A stretch of DNA of 64,000 bases, taken from contig CAVSQW010000006.1 of assembly GCA_963730185.1 (NCBI GenBank), forward strand, positions 480,001-544,000. The letters run 5' to 3'. Origin of the DNA: an uncultured Gemmatimonadales bacterium. GTDB lineage: Bacteria; Gemmatimonadota; Gemmatimonadetes; Gemmatimonadales; GWC2-71-9. The notes under the pieces are model-generated. The model was not told where the DNA came from. It saw nothing but the letters and a program-made list of their open reading frames with translations, and ran no database searches. The position numbers and the translations under genes are program-made. How positions within the stretch are numbered: position 1 is the stretch's first letter; each line of letters starts with the position of its first letter. Shown here one piece after another: positions 1 to 10,712 of this stretch.

Positions 1-571
1 CGGCGGCCCCGGTCAGTCGCTCGGGCCGATCACGCTGGAGCACCTTGAGATCGGGCACCAGGGCGGCCATCGTCTCGACGGTCGTCACCCGCTCGCGCCA
101 GGCCTCGAAGTTGGCGACCGAGACCACGTTCTCGCGGCGGTTCAGGGGCAGGTTCACCTGCCAGAGGGCCGCCAGACGATCGGGATGGGGATAGGGCAGC
201 GGCCGGAGCAGGATCCCTCGGACCGTACCGAAGATGGCCGTGGTGGCGCCGACGCCCAGGGCAAGCGTGCCGATCGCGGCCAGGGCGACCCCCGGACTCC
301 GAGCGAGCGAGCGAAGCGCGAACCGGGCGTCGCGGACCCCGTCCTCAACCCAGCGGAGCCCCCGCACCGCCCGGGCGTCGTCCTTGTGGACGTCCACGCC
401 CCCGAAGTCACGGCGCGCGGTCCGCCGCGCTTCCGCCGGCGACATCCCGCCGGCCACCCGCTCGGCGATCTCCTGCTCGAGATGGAAGCGCATCTCCTCG
501 TCCATCTCGCGCTCGAGCCGGTCGCGGCGGACGAGCCAGATGACCCGTTTGACGAAGGCGGGAAGCCGCAT
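1..571 (-). CDS. ABC transporter permease, duplicated orphan permease (ADOP/MacB-FtsX-like), N-terminal part; runs off the window edge
   Basis: Manual translation from ATG at 571: MRLPAFVKRVIWLVRRDRLEREMDEEMRFHLEQEIAERVAGGMSPAEARRTARRDFGG...RDARFALRSLARSPGVALAAIGTLALGVGATTAIF...LLRPLPYPDPDRL, the typical ADOP N-terminus; directly downstream of a PadR gene. Absent from the ORF track because there is no stop inside the window. Confidence 0.9.
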   Translation of the reverse strand, partial: MRLPAFVKRVIWLVRRDRLEREMDEEMRFHLEQEIAERVAGGMSPAEARRTARRDFGGVDVHKDDARAVRGLRWVEDGVRDARFALRSLARSPGVALAAIGTLALGVGATTAIFGTVRGILLRPLPYPHPDRLAALWQVNLPLNRRENVVSVANFEAWRERVTTVETMAALVPDLKVLQRDRPERLTGAA

Positions 572-584
572 GGTCGGGGCCCGG

Positions 585-917
585 TCAGCCGGTCGCGTCG
601 AGCAACCGCTCCACCGCCCCGGCGAAGAGCCGCCAGCTCTTCTGCTCGCTGGTGGCCCGCCGCCGCCCCTCCGCCGTCAGCTCGTAGAACTTGGCGCGAC
701 GGCCATCCGGCGACACCCCCCAGGCCGACCGGACCAGACCCCGATCCTCCAGCCGATAGAGCGCGGGATAGAGCGACCCCTGATTGACCTGGAGGACGTC
801 GTCGGAGAGCTCCCGGATCCGCTTGCTGATGCCCCAGCCGTGGAGCGCGCCCAGCCGGAGGGTGCGGAGGATCAACAGATCGAGGGAGCCCTGAAGGAGA
901 TCGGCGCGATCGGCCAT
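585..917 (-). CDS. PadR family transcriptional regulator (acidobacterial type)
   Basis: LLQGSLDLLIL...HGWGI...QGSLYPALYRLE...RRAKFYELT motif; adjacent to an ADOP permease. Confidence 0.93.
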   Translation of the reverse strand: MADRADLLQGSLDLLILRTLRLGALHGWGISKRIRELSDDVLQVNQGSLYPALYRLEDRGLVRSAWGVSPDGRRAKFYELTAEGRRRATSEQKSWRLFAGAVERLLDATG

Positions 918-940
918 GCCAGCCTGCCCGTGGAGTTATG

Positions 941-987
941 CCTAGACGTCCGACAACAAGCTATGATCTTGTTGTCGGATGTCAAGG
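941..987. promoter_or_regulatory. Long inverted repeat upstream of padR (putative operator or terminator)
   Basis: CCTAGACGTCCGACAACAAG-ctatgat-CTTGTTGTCGGATGTCAAGG, 18/20 complementary arms, between the decarboxylase stop and the padR start. Confidence 0.6.
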
Positions 988-989
988 TA

Positions 990-2336
990 TCAACCGTCCC
1001 GGGCGGCGGCGAGGATCGCTCCGAGGCTCCGGTCCACGTCCCGGTCGGTCGTTCGCCAGGACGAGACGCTGATCCGCATCGCCGCCCGGCCCTGCCAGAC
1101 GGTGCCGCCGGCCCAACAGGTCCCGCCGGCCTGCACCCGGGCGATCACCCGGCGGGTCCGCTCGTCGTCGCCGAACGACGCCAGCACCTGATTCAGGACC
1201 ACGTCGTTGAGCACCTCGGCGCCGCCCGCCCGGAGACCATCGGCGAACCGGGTCGCCAGCCGGCAGCAGCGCTCCACCAGCTGGGCCAGCCCCGACCTGC
1301 CTAACGAGGCCAGGGCGGCCCAGATCTCGACCCCGCGGGCCCGCCGCGAGAGCTCGGGGGTATAGGCGTCGGGCTGGCGGGTGTCTTCCCGCACCAGGTA
1401 GGCCGCGCTGGTGGCCATGGCCGCCTCGAGCTGCGCCGGGCTCCGCACGAAGACGAGCCCGCTGTCGTAGGGGACGTTGAGCCACTTGTGGGCGTCGGTG
1501 GCGATCGAGTCGGCCTCCGCCACTCCGGCGGCGAGCGGGCGGAGGCGAGGCGACGCCAGGACCCAGAGCCCGAAAGCGCCATCGACGTGCACCCACGCGC
1601 CCGCGTCGTGCGCCCGCCCCATCAGCTCGACGGCCGGATCGAACGCCCCCGTGTTCACGTTGCCGGCCTGGAGACAGAGGATCGTGGGACCCGCCAGCCG
1701 GGGCAGGCGGTCGGCCCGCATCCGCCCCTGCTCGTCCACCGGCACCCGGACCACCCGCTCGCGGCCGAGGCCGAGGAGGCTCAGCGCCTTGAGCAGGCTG
1801 ACGTGGACCTCGTCGCCCACCACCACCGTGATCGGGGGCGCACCGAAGAGACCCCGGGCTCCGACATCCCAACCCTCCCGGGCCAGCAGCATGTGTCGCG
1901 CGGCCGCCAGCCCAGAGAAGTTCGCCATCGTGGCCCCGGTCACGAACCCGGCGCCGGTCCCGGCCGGCAGCCCGAGGGCTTCGACCAGCCACCGAAGGGC
2001 CACGGTCTCGATGGCGGACGTGCCCGGCGCCCCGACCGAGAGGCCACTGTTCTGGTCCCAGGCGGTGGCGAGCCATCCGGCCGCGACCGTGGCCGGCAGG
2101 GCCCCGCCGGTCACGAACCCGAAGTACCGTCCGCCCGCACTCGCGATCGCGGCCGGCGAGCCGAGCTCGTCGAGGCGGGCCAGCACGGCCGCCGGGTCGG
2201 TGGGTTGCTCCGGGAGCGGCCCCCCGAGCTCCCGGAGCCGGGCCAGCGCCGCCGGGCCGGGCACCACCGGGCGCTCGTCGAGCGACGCGAGAAAGCGAGC
2301 CGCCCGAGTGGCGGCGTCGGCGAGCAGGTCCTCCAT
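990..2336 (-). CDS. Group II PLP-dependent decarboxylase (aromatic amino acid/glutamate decarboxylase family)
   Basis: WVHVDGAFG and DAHKWLNVPYDSG (PLP lysine) motifs; ELSRRARG; RBS GGAGG upstream. Confidence 0.9.
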   Translation of the reverse strand: MEDLLADAATRAARFLASLDERPVVPGPAALARLRELGGPLPEQPTDPAAVLARLDELGSPAAIASAGGRYFGFVTGGALPATVAAGWLATAWDQNSGLSVGAPGTSAIETVALRWLVEALGLPAGTGAGFVTGATMANFSGLAAARHMLLAREGWDVGARGLFGAPPITVVVGDEVHVSLLKALSLLGLGRERVVRVPVDEQGRMRADRLPRLAGPTILCLQAGNVNTGAFDPAVELMGRAHDAGAWVHVDGAFGLWVLASPRLRPLAAGVAEADSIATDAHKWLNVPYDSGLVFVRSPAQLEAAMATSAAYLVREDTRQPDAYTPELSRRARGVEIWAALASLGRSGLAQLVERCCRLATRFADGLRAGGAEVLNDVVLNQVLASFGDDERTRRVIARVQAGGTCWAGGTVWQGRAAMRISVSSWRTTDRDVDRSLGAILAAARDG

Positions 2337-2373
2337 CGTGCCTCCCTCCTGAGCGCTCGTTCCTGACCCGGCC

Positions 2374-3967
<1,594 letters not shown>

Positions 3968-4116
3968 GTTGATCTCCCGGTGGGCGAATCGGGGCAGCGC
4001 GACCGACGGAGTGGTCGTGCAAGCTCGCACCCAGACCCGACGAGGTGAAGCCCCACCCGCTGATTTGCCCCGCACCCACCGATCCCGGATATTCGACGCT
4101 CACGGAGGGAGACTCC

Positions 4117-5124
4117 ATGCAGCGCCGAGATTTCGTTCGGGGTGCGGCCGCGACCGCCGCCCTCGCCGCCTGGCCCGACCACCTGAGGGCCTTTCCCCGC
4201 GGGGCGCCCAGCCGGCCGCCGTTGCTCAACGCCCACGCCCACGTCAACAGCCAGCGGGTCGCCGATCACCTCGCCAGCCTCATGGGCCGGCGAGTACTCG
4301 AGCCCCTCGATGGCGCCGAGATCATCCGCCGCCTCGACCGAATGGGCATCCGCCGCGCCTTCGTGCTGTCGACCGCGTACATGATGGCGTCAGACGTCGG
4401 CCACCCGCTTCCGCCCGACGAGGAGCAGAAGGCCGTGGCGGCCGAAAACGACTTCGCCGCGGCCCAGGCGGCCCTGGCACCCGATCGGCTGATCCCGTTC
4501 CTGAGCGTGAACCCGAAACGCGACTACGCCACCGCCGAGATCGACCGGGCCGTCGATCGCAACGGGATGCGAGGCTTGAAGCTGCATTTCTGGAACTCGA
4601 TGGTGGACCTTCGCCAGCCGGACCAGCTGGTCAGCGTCAAGCGCGCCATCGATCACGCGGCGGCCCGCGGCCTGCCCGTGGTGGGGCACGTCTATATCGG
4701 GGCCGTCAAGGACTTCGGACCCGACGACATCGATCGGATCATCGACCAGATCATCCTCCCGAACGAAGGGCTTCGCTTCTCGTTCGCTCATCTGGGTGGC
4801 GCGGGCGGATTCGCGGGCGTCGTGCAGCGGATCTTCGCCCGGCTGGTGGAACGGGTCGGGCCGGGCCATCCGGCTGCCAACCGGGTCTTCGCCGACATGG
4901 CCGTGACCCTGCTGGCCGACGGCATCGGGCCGATCCCGGCCACCCCACCGGCCGCCCGGGCCCGGATGGGAGAGCTGCTCCAGGGATGGGGGCTCGACCG
5001 GGTGTACTGGGGCAGCGACACCTTCGAGGCCTCGCTCGCCCAAACGGAGGCCGCCTGGCCGCTCGACGAGGTCGCGTGGGACCGCCTGGCCAGCAACACC
5101 GGCAACCGATTCCTGGGGAGCTGA
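4117..5124 (+). CDS. Tat-exported amidohydrolase family protein (Amidohydro_2-like)
   Basis: MQRRDFVRG twin-arginine signal after a GGAGGGA RBS; NAHAH, GLKLH, AHLGG and WGSD metal-site motifs. Confidence 0.82.
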   Translation: MQRRDFVRGAAATAALAAWPDHLRAFPRGAPSRPPLLNAHAHVNSQRVADHLASLMGRRVLEPLDGAEIIRRLDRMGIRRAFVLSTAYMMASDVGHPLPPDEEQKAVAAENDFAAAQAALAPDRLIPFLSVNPKRDYATAEIDRAVDRNGMRGLKLHFWNSMVDLRQPDQLVSVKRAIDHAAARGLPVVGHVYIGAVKDFGPDDIDRIIDQIILPNEGLRFSFAHLGGAGGFAGVVQRIFARLVERVGPGHPAANRVFADMAVTLLADGIGPIPATPPAARARMGELLQGWGLDRVYWGSDTFEASLAQTEAAWPLDEVAWDRLASNTGNRFLGS

Positions 5125-5155
5125 GGATCGGCTCGGCGGTACCGAAAAGCGCCTC

Positions 5156-5212
5156 TTGACAGGTCAACCCCGGAACCAGACATTGGGAGGAGAAACCGAA
5201 CAAAAACCGAAA
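5156..5212 (+). promoter_or_regulatory. sigma70-type promoter with SOS-box-like direct repeat
   Basis: TTGACA (5156-5161), 17 nt, GACATT (5179-5184); ACCGAA repeated at 5195 and 5206 (GAAC-N7-GAAA); the palindrome TTGACagGTCAA overlaps the -35. Confidence 0.55.
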
Positions 5213-5220
5213 GTCAGAAC

Positions 5221-5391
5221 ATGACGCCTTCTCCCGCGCACGAACCTCTCCCCGACCAGCCCGCCGTGCGCACCGGTTCCGGAGGCCCAACCTACCTTCG
5301 GATCAGGGTTTGCCCCGAGTGCGCCGGGCCCGTCGTGCACGCGTCCGGCTGCCTGAGCTGCCCCCACTGCGGCTGGGCCCGGTGCGGCTAG
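5221..5391 (+). CDS. Small six-cysteine zinc-ribbon protein (56 aa) resembling the class II ribonucleotide reductase C-terminal tail
   Basis: Manual translation: MTPSPAHEPLPDQPAVRTGSGGPTYLRIRVCPECAGPVVHASGCLSCPHCGWARCG*. Below the ORF-track cutoff; lies between the promoter and the radical SAM gene. Confidence 0.75.
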   Translation: MTPSPAHEPLPDQPAVRTGSGGPTYLRIRVCPECAGPVVHASGCLSCPHCGWARCG

Positions 5392-6422
5392 CCGCGGCCC
5401 GACCTCGGCCAGTAGAGCCGACCCGCCCGCCTGGGCCAGCCAGGCCTGCCCAGCTGGCCCTCGAGCTCGGCCGGGCTCGACCGCCCATGCCGGTGCTCGA
5501 CACCCGCCGGCGCGGCTCACGGTTCGTAGGCCTCACCAGTCGGTCGGTGCTCAACTCGCCGGGGAGCACCGGTATGGACTTCTGGACCCTGAATCCCTAC
5601 GTGGGATGCGAGTTCGGGTGCTCGTATTGCTATGCTCGGAACACCCATCGCTGGGTCACCGAGCGGAATGCCGACCGTGGCCCGCGCGAGCTCACCGCCC
5701 TGAGCCCGGCCCAGGCCTTCGAGCGGAACATCTTCGTCAAGCGGAACGCCGCCCTGGTGCTCCGCCGCACCCTCGACCCGAGGAAGCTCAGCGGCACCCC
5801 CCTGCTGATCGGAACCGCGACCGATCCGTATCAGCCGGCGGAGCGCCGCTTCGGGGTTACCCGGTCGGTGCTCGAGGCGCTGACCGAGTATCGGGGGCTC
5901 GACCTCAGCCTTACGACCAAGTCGGCTTTGGTGACTCGGGACCTCGACGTGCTGCAGGAGCTTGGCGCCCGGCACCGGCTCACCGTGAACATCTCCCTCA
6001 TTTCGATGGACCGGGAGTTGATCCGGCGGCTCGAGCCCCGGACGCCGCTGCCCCACACCAGGCTCCGGGCGTTGGCCGCGCTCAGCGGTGCCGGGATCCA
6101 GGCGGGGATCATGATCGCGCCGATCGTCCCGGGCCTGACCGACGGGTGGGGGGCCCTGGGTGGCTTGCTGGCCGCGGCCAAGGAGGCCGGGGCGCGTTTC
6201 GCGGTCGGGTCGGCGCTCCGACTCAATCCCGGAGCGCGTGCCGGCTTCCTCCCCGTGCTCGAGCGGGAGTTCCCCGAGCTGGTGGGACGCTACCGCCGCC
6301 GCTACGGTCAGCGGACCGGCCCGGAGCGGGCGTACGGGGCGGCGCTGGAGAAGCGGTTGACCACCCTCCGGGCCATCCACGGCTTGCCCGGCGGCACTCT
6401 CCGCTACCGGCCGGCCGATTGA
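5382..6422 (+). CDS. Radical SAM protein, SplB/Rv2578c-like (spore photoproduct lyase-related DNA repair family)
   Basis: LNPYVGCEFGCSYCYAR (CxxxCxxC), GTATDPYQPAERRF..TR, TTKS..V.RDLD and APIVPGLTD motifs. Start inferred at GTG 5382, overlapping the small-ORF stop; the ORF track start is 5310. Confidence 0.88.
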   Translation: MRLAAARPRPVEPTRPPGPARPAQLALELGRARPPMPVLDTRRRGSRFVGLTSRSVLNSPGSTGMDFWTLNPYVGCEFGCSYCYARNTHRWVTERNADRGPRELTALSPAQAFERNIFVKRNAALVLRRTLDPRKLSGTPLLIGTATDPYQPAERRFGVTRSVLEALTEYRGLDLSLTTKSALVTRDLDVLQELGARHRLTVNISLISMDRELIRRLEPRTPLPHTRLRALAALSGAGIQAGIMIAPIVPGLTDGWGALGGLLAAAKEAGARFAVGSALRLNPGARAGFLPVLEREFPELVGRYRRRYGQRTGPERAYGAALEKRLTTLRAIHGLPGGTLRYRPAD

Positions 6423-6431
6423 GGCAGCGGG

Positions 6432-7415
6432 TCAGTCCAGCGTCAGCACGATCTTACCGAACACCTCGTTCGCCTCCATCGCCGCGTGCGCCTGCGCCAC
6501 CTCGACGAGCGGGAACACCGCGCCCACCACCGGTTCGAGTCGAACCGGCGTGGCGCCCGCCTCGAACAGTCCGATCACCCGTTCCTCGAACTCCCGCACC
6601 AGCGGCACCCGTTCCGCCCGGCCGCGGGCCCGCATGACCGTGCCGATGATCTCGAGGCGATTGCGGAGCACCTGGCCGAGATTCACGTCGGCGGCGTGCG
6701 GCCCTTGCAGGGTGCCCAACAACACGAGCCGACCGCGCGGCGCGAGCGAGGCGAGATTGTCCGTCAGCGCGCCCCCGCCGAAGAAATCCAGAATCACGTC
6801 GGCGGGCGCGTCGAGGGCCGATCGGAAGCCGACGGTCGAGGTGTCGACGCCCCGGTCGAGCCCCAATCGCACGGCGTGCTCCAACTTCGCCGCGGTGCGC
6901 GAGGTGCCGATCGACACGGCGCCGAGCCACCGGATCAGCTGAACGGCCGCGGTGCCCACGCCACTTCCCACGGCATGGACGAGCACCCGCTCTCTCGGCG
7001 CCACCCGGGCCCGCGTCACCAGGGCGTCGTACGCGGTGAGGAACGCTTCGGGAATCCCCGCCGCCGCCTCGAACGAGAGGCCGGCGGGCATCGGCAGCAC
7101 CTCGTCTTGGTGAACGGCCACGAACTCGGCCTGGGCGCCGCCGCCCACCAGTCCCATGACCCGGTCGTCGGCTCGCCAGCGGCCGGCCTCCGGGCCGAGC
7201 GCCACGATCTCGCCGGCGTATTCGAGGCCCGGGATGTCCGCGGGCCAGCCGGGCGGCGCGGGATAATTGCCTTTGCGCTGGATGATGTCGGCCCGGTTGA
7301 GTCCCGCGGCCCGAACCCGCACCAGCACCTGTCCCGGACCGGGGGTCGGAGTCGGCACCTCGTCGAGCGAAAGAACCTCGGGACCTCCGGCACCATGGTG
7401 TACGATGGCTTGCAT
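6432..7415 (-). CDS. NAD(P)H-quinone oxidoreductase, PIG3/zeta-crystallin family
   Basis: GLNRADIIQRKGNYP, PGLEYAG, HAVGSGVG and C-terminal GKIVL motifs. Confidence 0.92.
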   Translation of the reverse strand: MQAIVHHGAGGPEVLSLDEVPTPTPGPGQVLVRVRAAGLNRADIIQRKGNYPAPPGWPADIPGLEYAGEIVALGPEAGRWRADDRVMGLVGGGAQAEFVAVHQDEVLPMPAGLSFEAAAGIPEAFLTAYDALVTRARVAPRERVLVHAVGSGVGTAAVQLIRWLGAVSIGTSRTAAKLEHAVRLGLDRGVDTSTVGFRSALDAPADVILDFFGGGALTDNLASLAPRGRLVLLGTLQGPHAADVNLGQVLRNRLEIIGTVMRARGRAERVPLVREFEERVIGLFEAGATPVRLEPVVGAVFPLVEVAQAHAAMEANEVFGKIVLTLD

Positions 7416-7536
7416 GATTCGGAACCTAGCCACCATCCGGGGGCCGCGCGCTGGGGGTCACCATCCGGGCGCCGTGCCCTGTGGCCGCTCCACCGCCGGG
7501 CGGCGTCTCCTCCCTGACATCGGACCCGGACTCGTC

Positions 7537-8724
7537 ATGCCTCACCTTGCCGTCGCCGCCCTCGTGGCGCTCATCCTGCCAACCCTCTCGGCCTGCGGGT
7601 CGAGCGACGGCGGCCCGCCGCCGGCACCGCCGCCGCCCCCGTCGTCGGCTACGCTCCGCCTCGAGACCGTGGCGACCGGGCTCGCCTTCCCGGTCTTTCT
7701 CACCCACGCGCCCGGCGACACCGCCCGGCTCTTCGTCGTGGAGAAGACCGGTCAGGTGCGGATCATCACCAACGGATCGCTGCTCCCCACTCCGTTCGTC
7801 GATCTTTCGTCCCAGGTCAGCGGCGGAAGCGAGCAGGGTCTGCTCGGGATGGCGTTCCATCCCGACTACGCCACCAACGGGATGGTCATCGTGGACTACA
7901 CCGATCGCTCGGGAGACACCCACCTCGCCCGTTTCCAGGTGTCCACGGCCGATCCCAACCAGCTCGACCCCGCCTCGGCGCACACCATCCTCACCGTGAG
8001 CCAGCCCGCCTCCAATCACAACGGCGGGATGGTGACGTTCGCTCCAAGCGATGGCGATCTCTACGTCGGTCTGGGCGACGGCGGCTCGGCCGGCGATCCC
8101 CAGGGCAACGGTCAGAACCGGGCGACCCTGCTCGCCACCATCCTCCGCCTCAGGGTCGCGACCAACGGACAGCTTTCCATCCCGGCCGACAACCCCTTTT
8201 CCGTGGCCAGCGGCTTCCGGCCGGAGATCTGGAGCTACGGGCTCCGCAATCCGTGGCGTTTCAGCTTCGACCGCGCCACCGGCGACCTCTACGTCGGCGA
8301 CGTCGGCCAGGGCGCCCGCGAAGAAATCGATCTCTCGCCCGTGGCCGACGGCGCCGGGCGGGGGCTCGACTTCGGCTGGAACGTGATGGAGGGAACCGCC
8401 TGTTACCCCTCGGGTGGCAACTGCGACCGCACCGGCCTGACGCTGCCGGTTCTCGACTACGACCACGGCCAGGGCTGCTCGGTGACCGGCGGCTACGTCT
8501 ATCGGGGCCCCACGCTGACCAGCATGCAGGGGGTGTACTTCTACGCCGACTACTGTGGCGGGTGGGTGCGGAGCTTCCGATGGGCCGGAGGCCAAGTCAC
8601 GGAAGAGACGGAATGGACCAGCCTCTCGCCGGGCGGGTCGATCACCAGCTTCGGCGAGGACGCCGCGGGCGAGCTCTATGTCCTGACGGAGTCAGGTGGG
8701 GTATATCGGATCGGGCCGGCCTGA
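7537..8724 (+). CDS. PQQ-dependent sugar dehydrogenase (glucose/sorbosone dehydrogenase family) lipoprotein
   Basis: Lipobox LSAC; EQGLLGMAFHP, NHNGG, GLRNPWRFSFD and SFGED motifs. Confidence 0.9.
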   Translation: MPHLAVAALVALILPTLSACGSSDGGPPPAPPPPPSSATLRLETVATGLAFPVFLTHAPGDTARLFVVEKTGQVRIITNGSLLPTPFVDLSSQVSGGSEQGLLGMAFHPDYATNGMVIVDYTDRSGDTHLARFQVSTADPNQLDPASAHTILTVSQPASNHNGGMVTFAPSDGDLYVGLGDGGSAGDPQGNGQNRATLLATILRLRVATNGQLSIPADNPFSVASGFRPEIWSYGLRNPWRFSFDRATGDLYVGDVGQGAREEIDLSPVADGAGRGLDFGWNVMEGTACYPSGGNCDRTGLTLPVLDYDHGQGCSVTGGYVYRGPTLTSMQGVYFYADYCGGWVRSFRWAGGQVTEETEWTSLSPGGSITSFGEDAAGELYVLTESGGVYRIGPA

Positions 8725-8735
8725 CGCGGCGGGGC

Positions 8736-9653
8736 TCAGAAGAGCGCGGCGATCCGCTCGCGACCGGCCCCGTCGGGCAGCCGGCCGAACCCCGCGCCCA
8801 TGTTGTCGACCAGGTGCTCGACCCGGGAGGTCGCGGGAATGGCGCAGGTGACGGCCGGGTGCGACACCACGAACTTGAGGAACAGTTGGGCCCAGCTCGA
8901 GACGTCGTACTCGGCTGCCCAGGGTGGAAGCGGCCGTCCTCGGACCCTGCCGAAGAGCCCCCCACCGCCGAACGGCCGGTTGACGATCACGGCGACCCCC
9001 CGCTCCCGCGCCAGTGGCAGCACCATCCGCTCGGCCCCGCGCTCGTCCAGGGAGTAGTTGATCTGGACGACGTCGATCGGCTCGCTCCGGATCACCCGGG
9101 CCACGTCCTCGTGGGCGGATTCCAGATAGTGGGTGACCCCGAGATATCGGATCCGGCCTTCGTCCCGCCAGGCCCGGAGGGTGCGGCGGTGGGTCGCGAC
9201 GTCGAGGAGGTTGTGCACCTGCATCAGGTCCAACCGAGCCACCCGCATCTTTTTGATCGATGCCTTCATCTGCGCGATCCCCGCCTCCCGGCCGCGGGTC
9301 CAGACCTTGGTGGCGGTGAACATCCGGTCGCCGAGGCCCAGCTCGGCGGCGAGGTCGCCGTAGACCGCTTCCGAGGTCCCGTACATCGGCGACGAATCGA
9401 TCACCCGGCCACCCCGCTCGACGAAGGTGCGGAGCACGTCGCGGAGCGCGGCTCGCGCCCCCTGGTTCCCGCCGACGTCGAAGGTCTGCCAGGTACCCAT
9501 CCCAATGACCGGAAGCGGCTCCCCGGACGAGGGGATCGGGCGCTGAATCGGATCGTCTGCCGGTTCAGGACGGCTCCCTCCGCCGGAGGTCGGGCCGACG
9601 GCCAGGAAGCGGGTTCGGCCCGCCAGGCCGAGGGCGATCGAGGCCGCGATCAC
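8736..9653 (-). CDS. Aldo/keto reductase; possible Tat signal with uncertain start
   Basis: LPVIGMGTW, IDSSPMYG, ATKVW, DLMQVHNL and AIPATS motifs; RRDVI lies just upstream of the annotated start in the same frame. Confidence 0.88.
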   Translation of the reverse strand: MIAASIALGLAGRTRFLAVGPTSGGGSRPEPADDPIQRPIPSSGEPLPVIGMGTWQTFDVGGNQGARAALRDVLRTFVERGGRVIDSSPMYGTSEAVYGDLAAELGLGDRMFTATKVWTRGREAGIAQMKASIKKMRVARLDLMQVHNLLDVATHRRTLRAWRDEGRIRYLGVTHYLESAHEDVARVIRSEPIDVVQINYSLDERGAERMVLPLARERGVAVIVNRPFGGGGLFGRVRGRPLPPWAAEYDVSSWAQLFLKFVVSHPAVTCAIPATSRVEHLVDNMGAGFGRLPDGAGRERIAALF

Positions 9654-9759
9654 GTCGCGACGGAACTCGTCGGCCGCCGGCGCCGACGGGTGGGTTGCAC
9701 TCGGCTAGCGGGCCGCCCTGATTACCCCCGTCACCCTCACTCGTCAGACGCGGATTTCC

Positions 9760-10706
9760 GTGACCGACCCACCATCGACCCTGCCAACCGGTCCCGAGCT
9801 GGAGCGGCTGCGCGCCGCCATTCCGGCCGGAGTGCACTTCGGGACCTCCACCTGGACCTACCCCGGCTGGCAAGGACTGGTCTATGCCCGGGAGTACCGC
9901 GCCAGCGGGCAGAGCGCGGCGATGCTCGCCGAGTATGCGCGATTCCCGCTCTTCGGCACCGTGGGGATCGACTCGAGCTTCTACGGACCGCCCAAGCCGA
10001 AACCCTGGTCCAATGGGCCAAGGCGCTCCCACCCGGGTTCAAGTGCGTGAGCAAGGTCTGGGACCGGATCACCGTCCACACCTTCGCCGGTGCCCGCGAA
10101 GCGGCGCGCGCCGGTCAGCGAAATCCGGACTTCCTCTCGCCCGAGCTCTTCGAGGAGGAAGTCTGGACGCCCTACCGGACCTATTTCGGCGACCACACCG
10201 GGCCCTTCGTCTTCGAGTTCCAGACCATCGCGGCCCAGGACCGGATCTCGCCGGGACGCTTCGCCGCACTGCTCGACGCCTTCCTCGGCCGGCTGCCCCC
10301 CGAGGGCGAGTATGGAGTCGAGATTCGGAACCAGGAGTTTCTGACGCCCGCCTATTTCGCGGTCCTTCGCGAGCACGGAGTGGCGCACGTCTTCAACTCG
10401 TGGACCCGGATGCCGCCGCTGGGAGGGCAGCTCGACCTGCCGGGGGCCATCACCGGCCGATTCCTGGTGTGCCGCGCCCTGCTCCGACCGGGCCGCAGTT
10501 ACGCTCAAGCGGTGGATCGCTTCGCGCCCTACGATCGGATCCGCGAGGTCAACCCCCGCCTTCGGCGCGACCTGGTGCGGCTGGCCCGGACGGCCGCGGA
10601 GCTCCGCCTGCCGGCCTATCTGCTGGTGAACAATCGGGCGGAGGGAAGCGCGCCACTCACCATTGCGGCGGTGGCCCGGATCCTGGCCGGCGACGTGGAA
10701 GGCTGA
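9760..10706 (+). CDS. DUF72 domain protein, frameshift near 9995-10005
   Basis: FGTSTWTYPGWQGLVY and TVGIDSSFYGPP in ORF 9760..10050 continue as FVFEFQ, YGVEIRN and YLLVNNRAEGSAP in the frame of ORF 8253..10706. Confidence 0.85.
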
Positions 10707-10712
10707 CCATGG

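Noticed and set aside
5221..5391. SCIFF/ranthipeptide or sactipeptide RiPP precursor (six cysteines next to a radical SAM gene)
   Set aside because: The radical SAM protein has no SPASM/Twitch cysteines or RRE and carries SplB/Rv2578c motifs; the Cys spacing matches a Zn-ribbon/NrdJ tail; no peptidase or exporter is adjacent. Kept only as a minor alternative.
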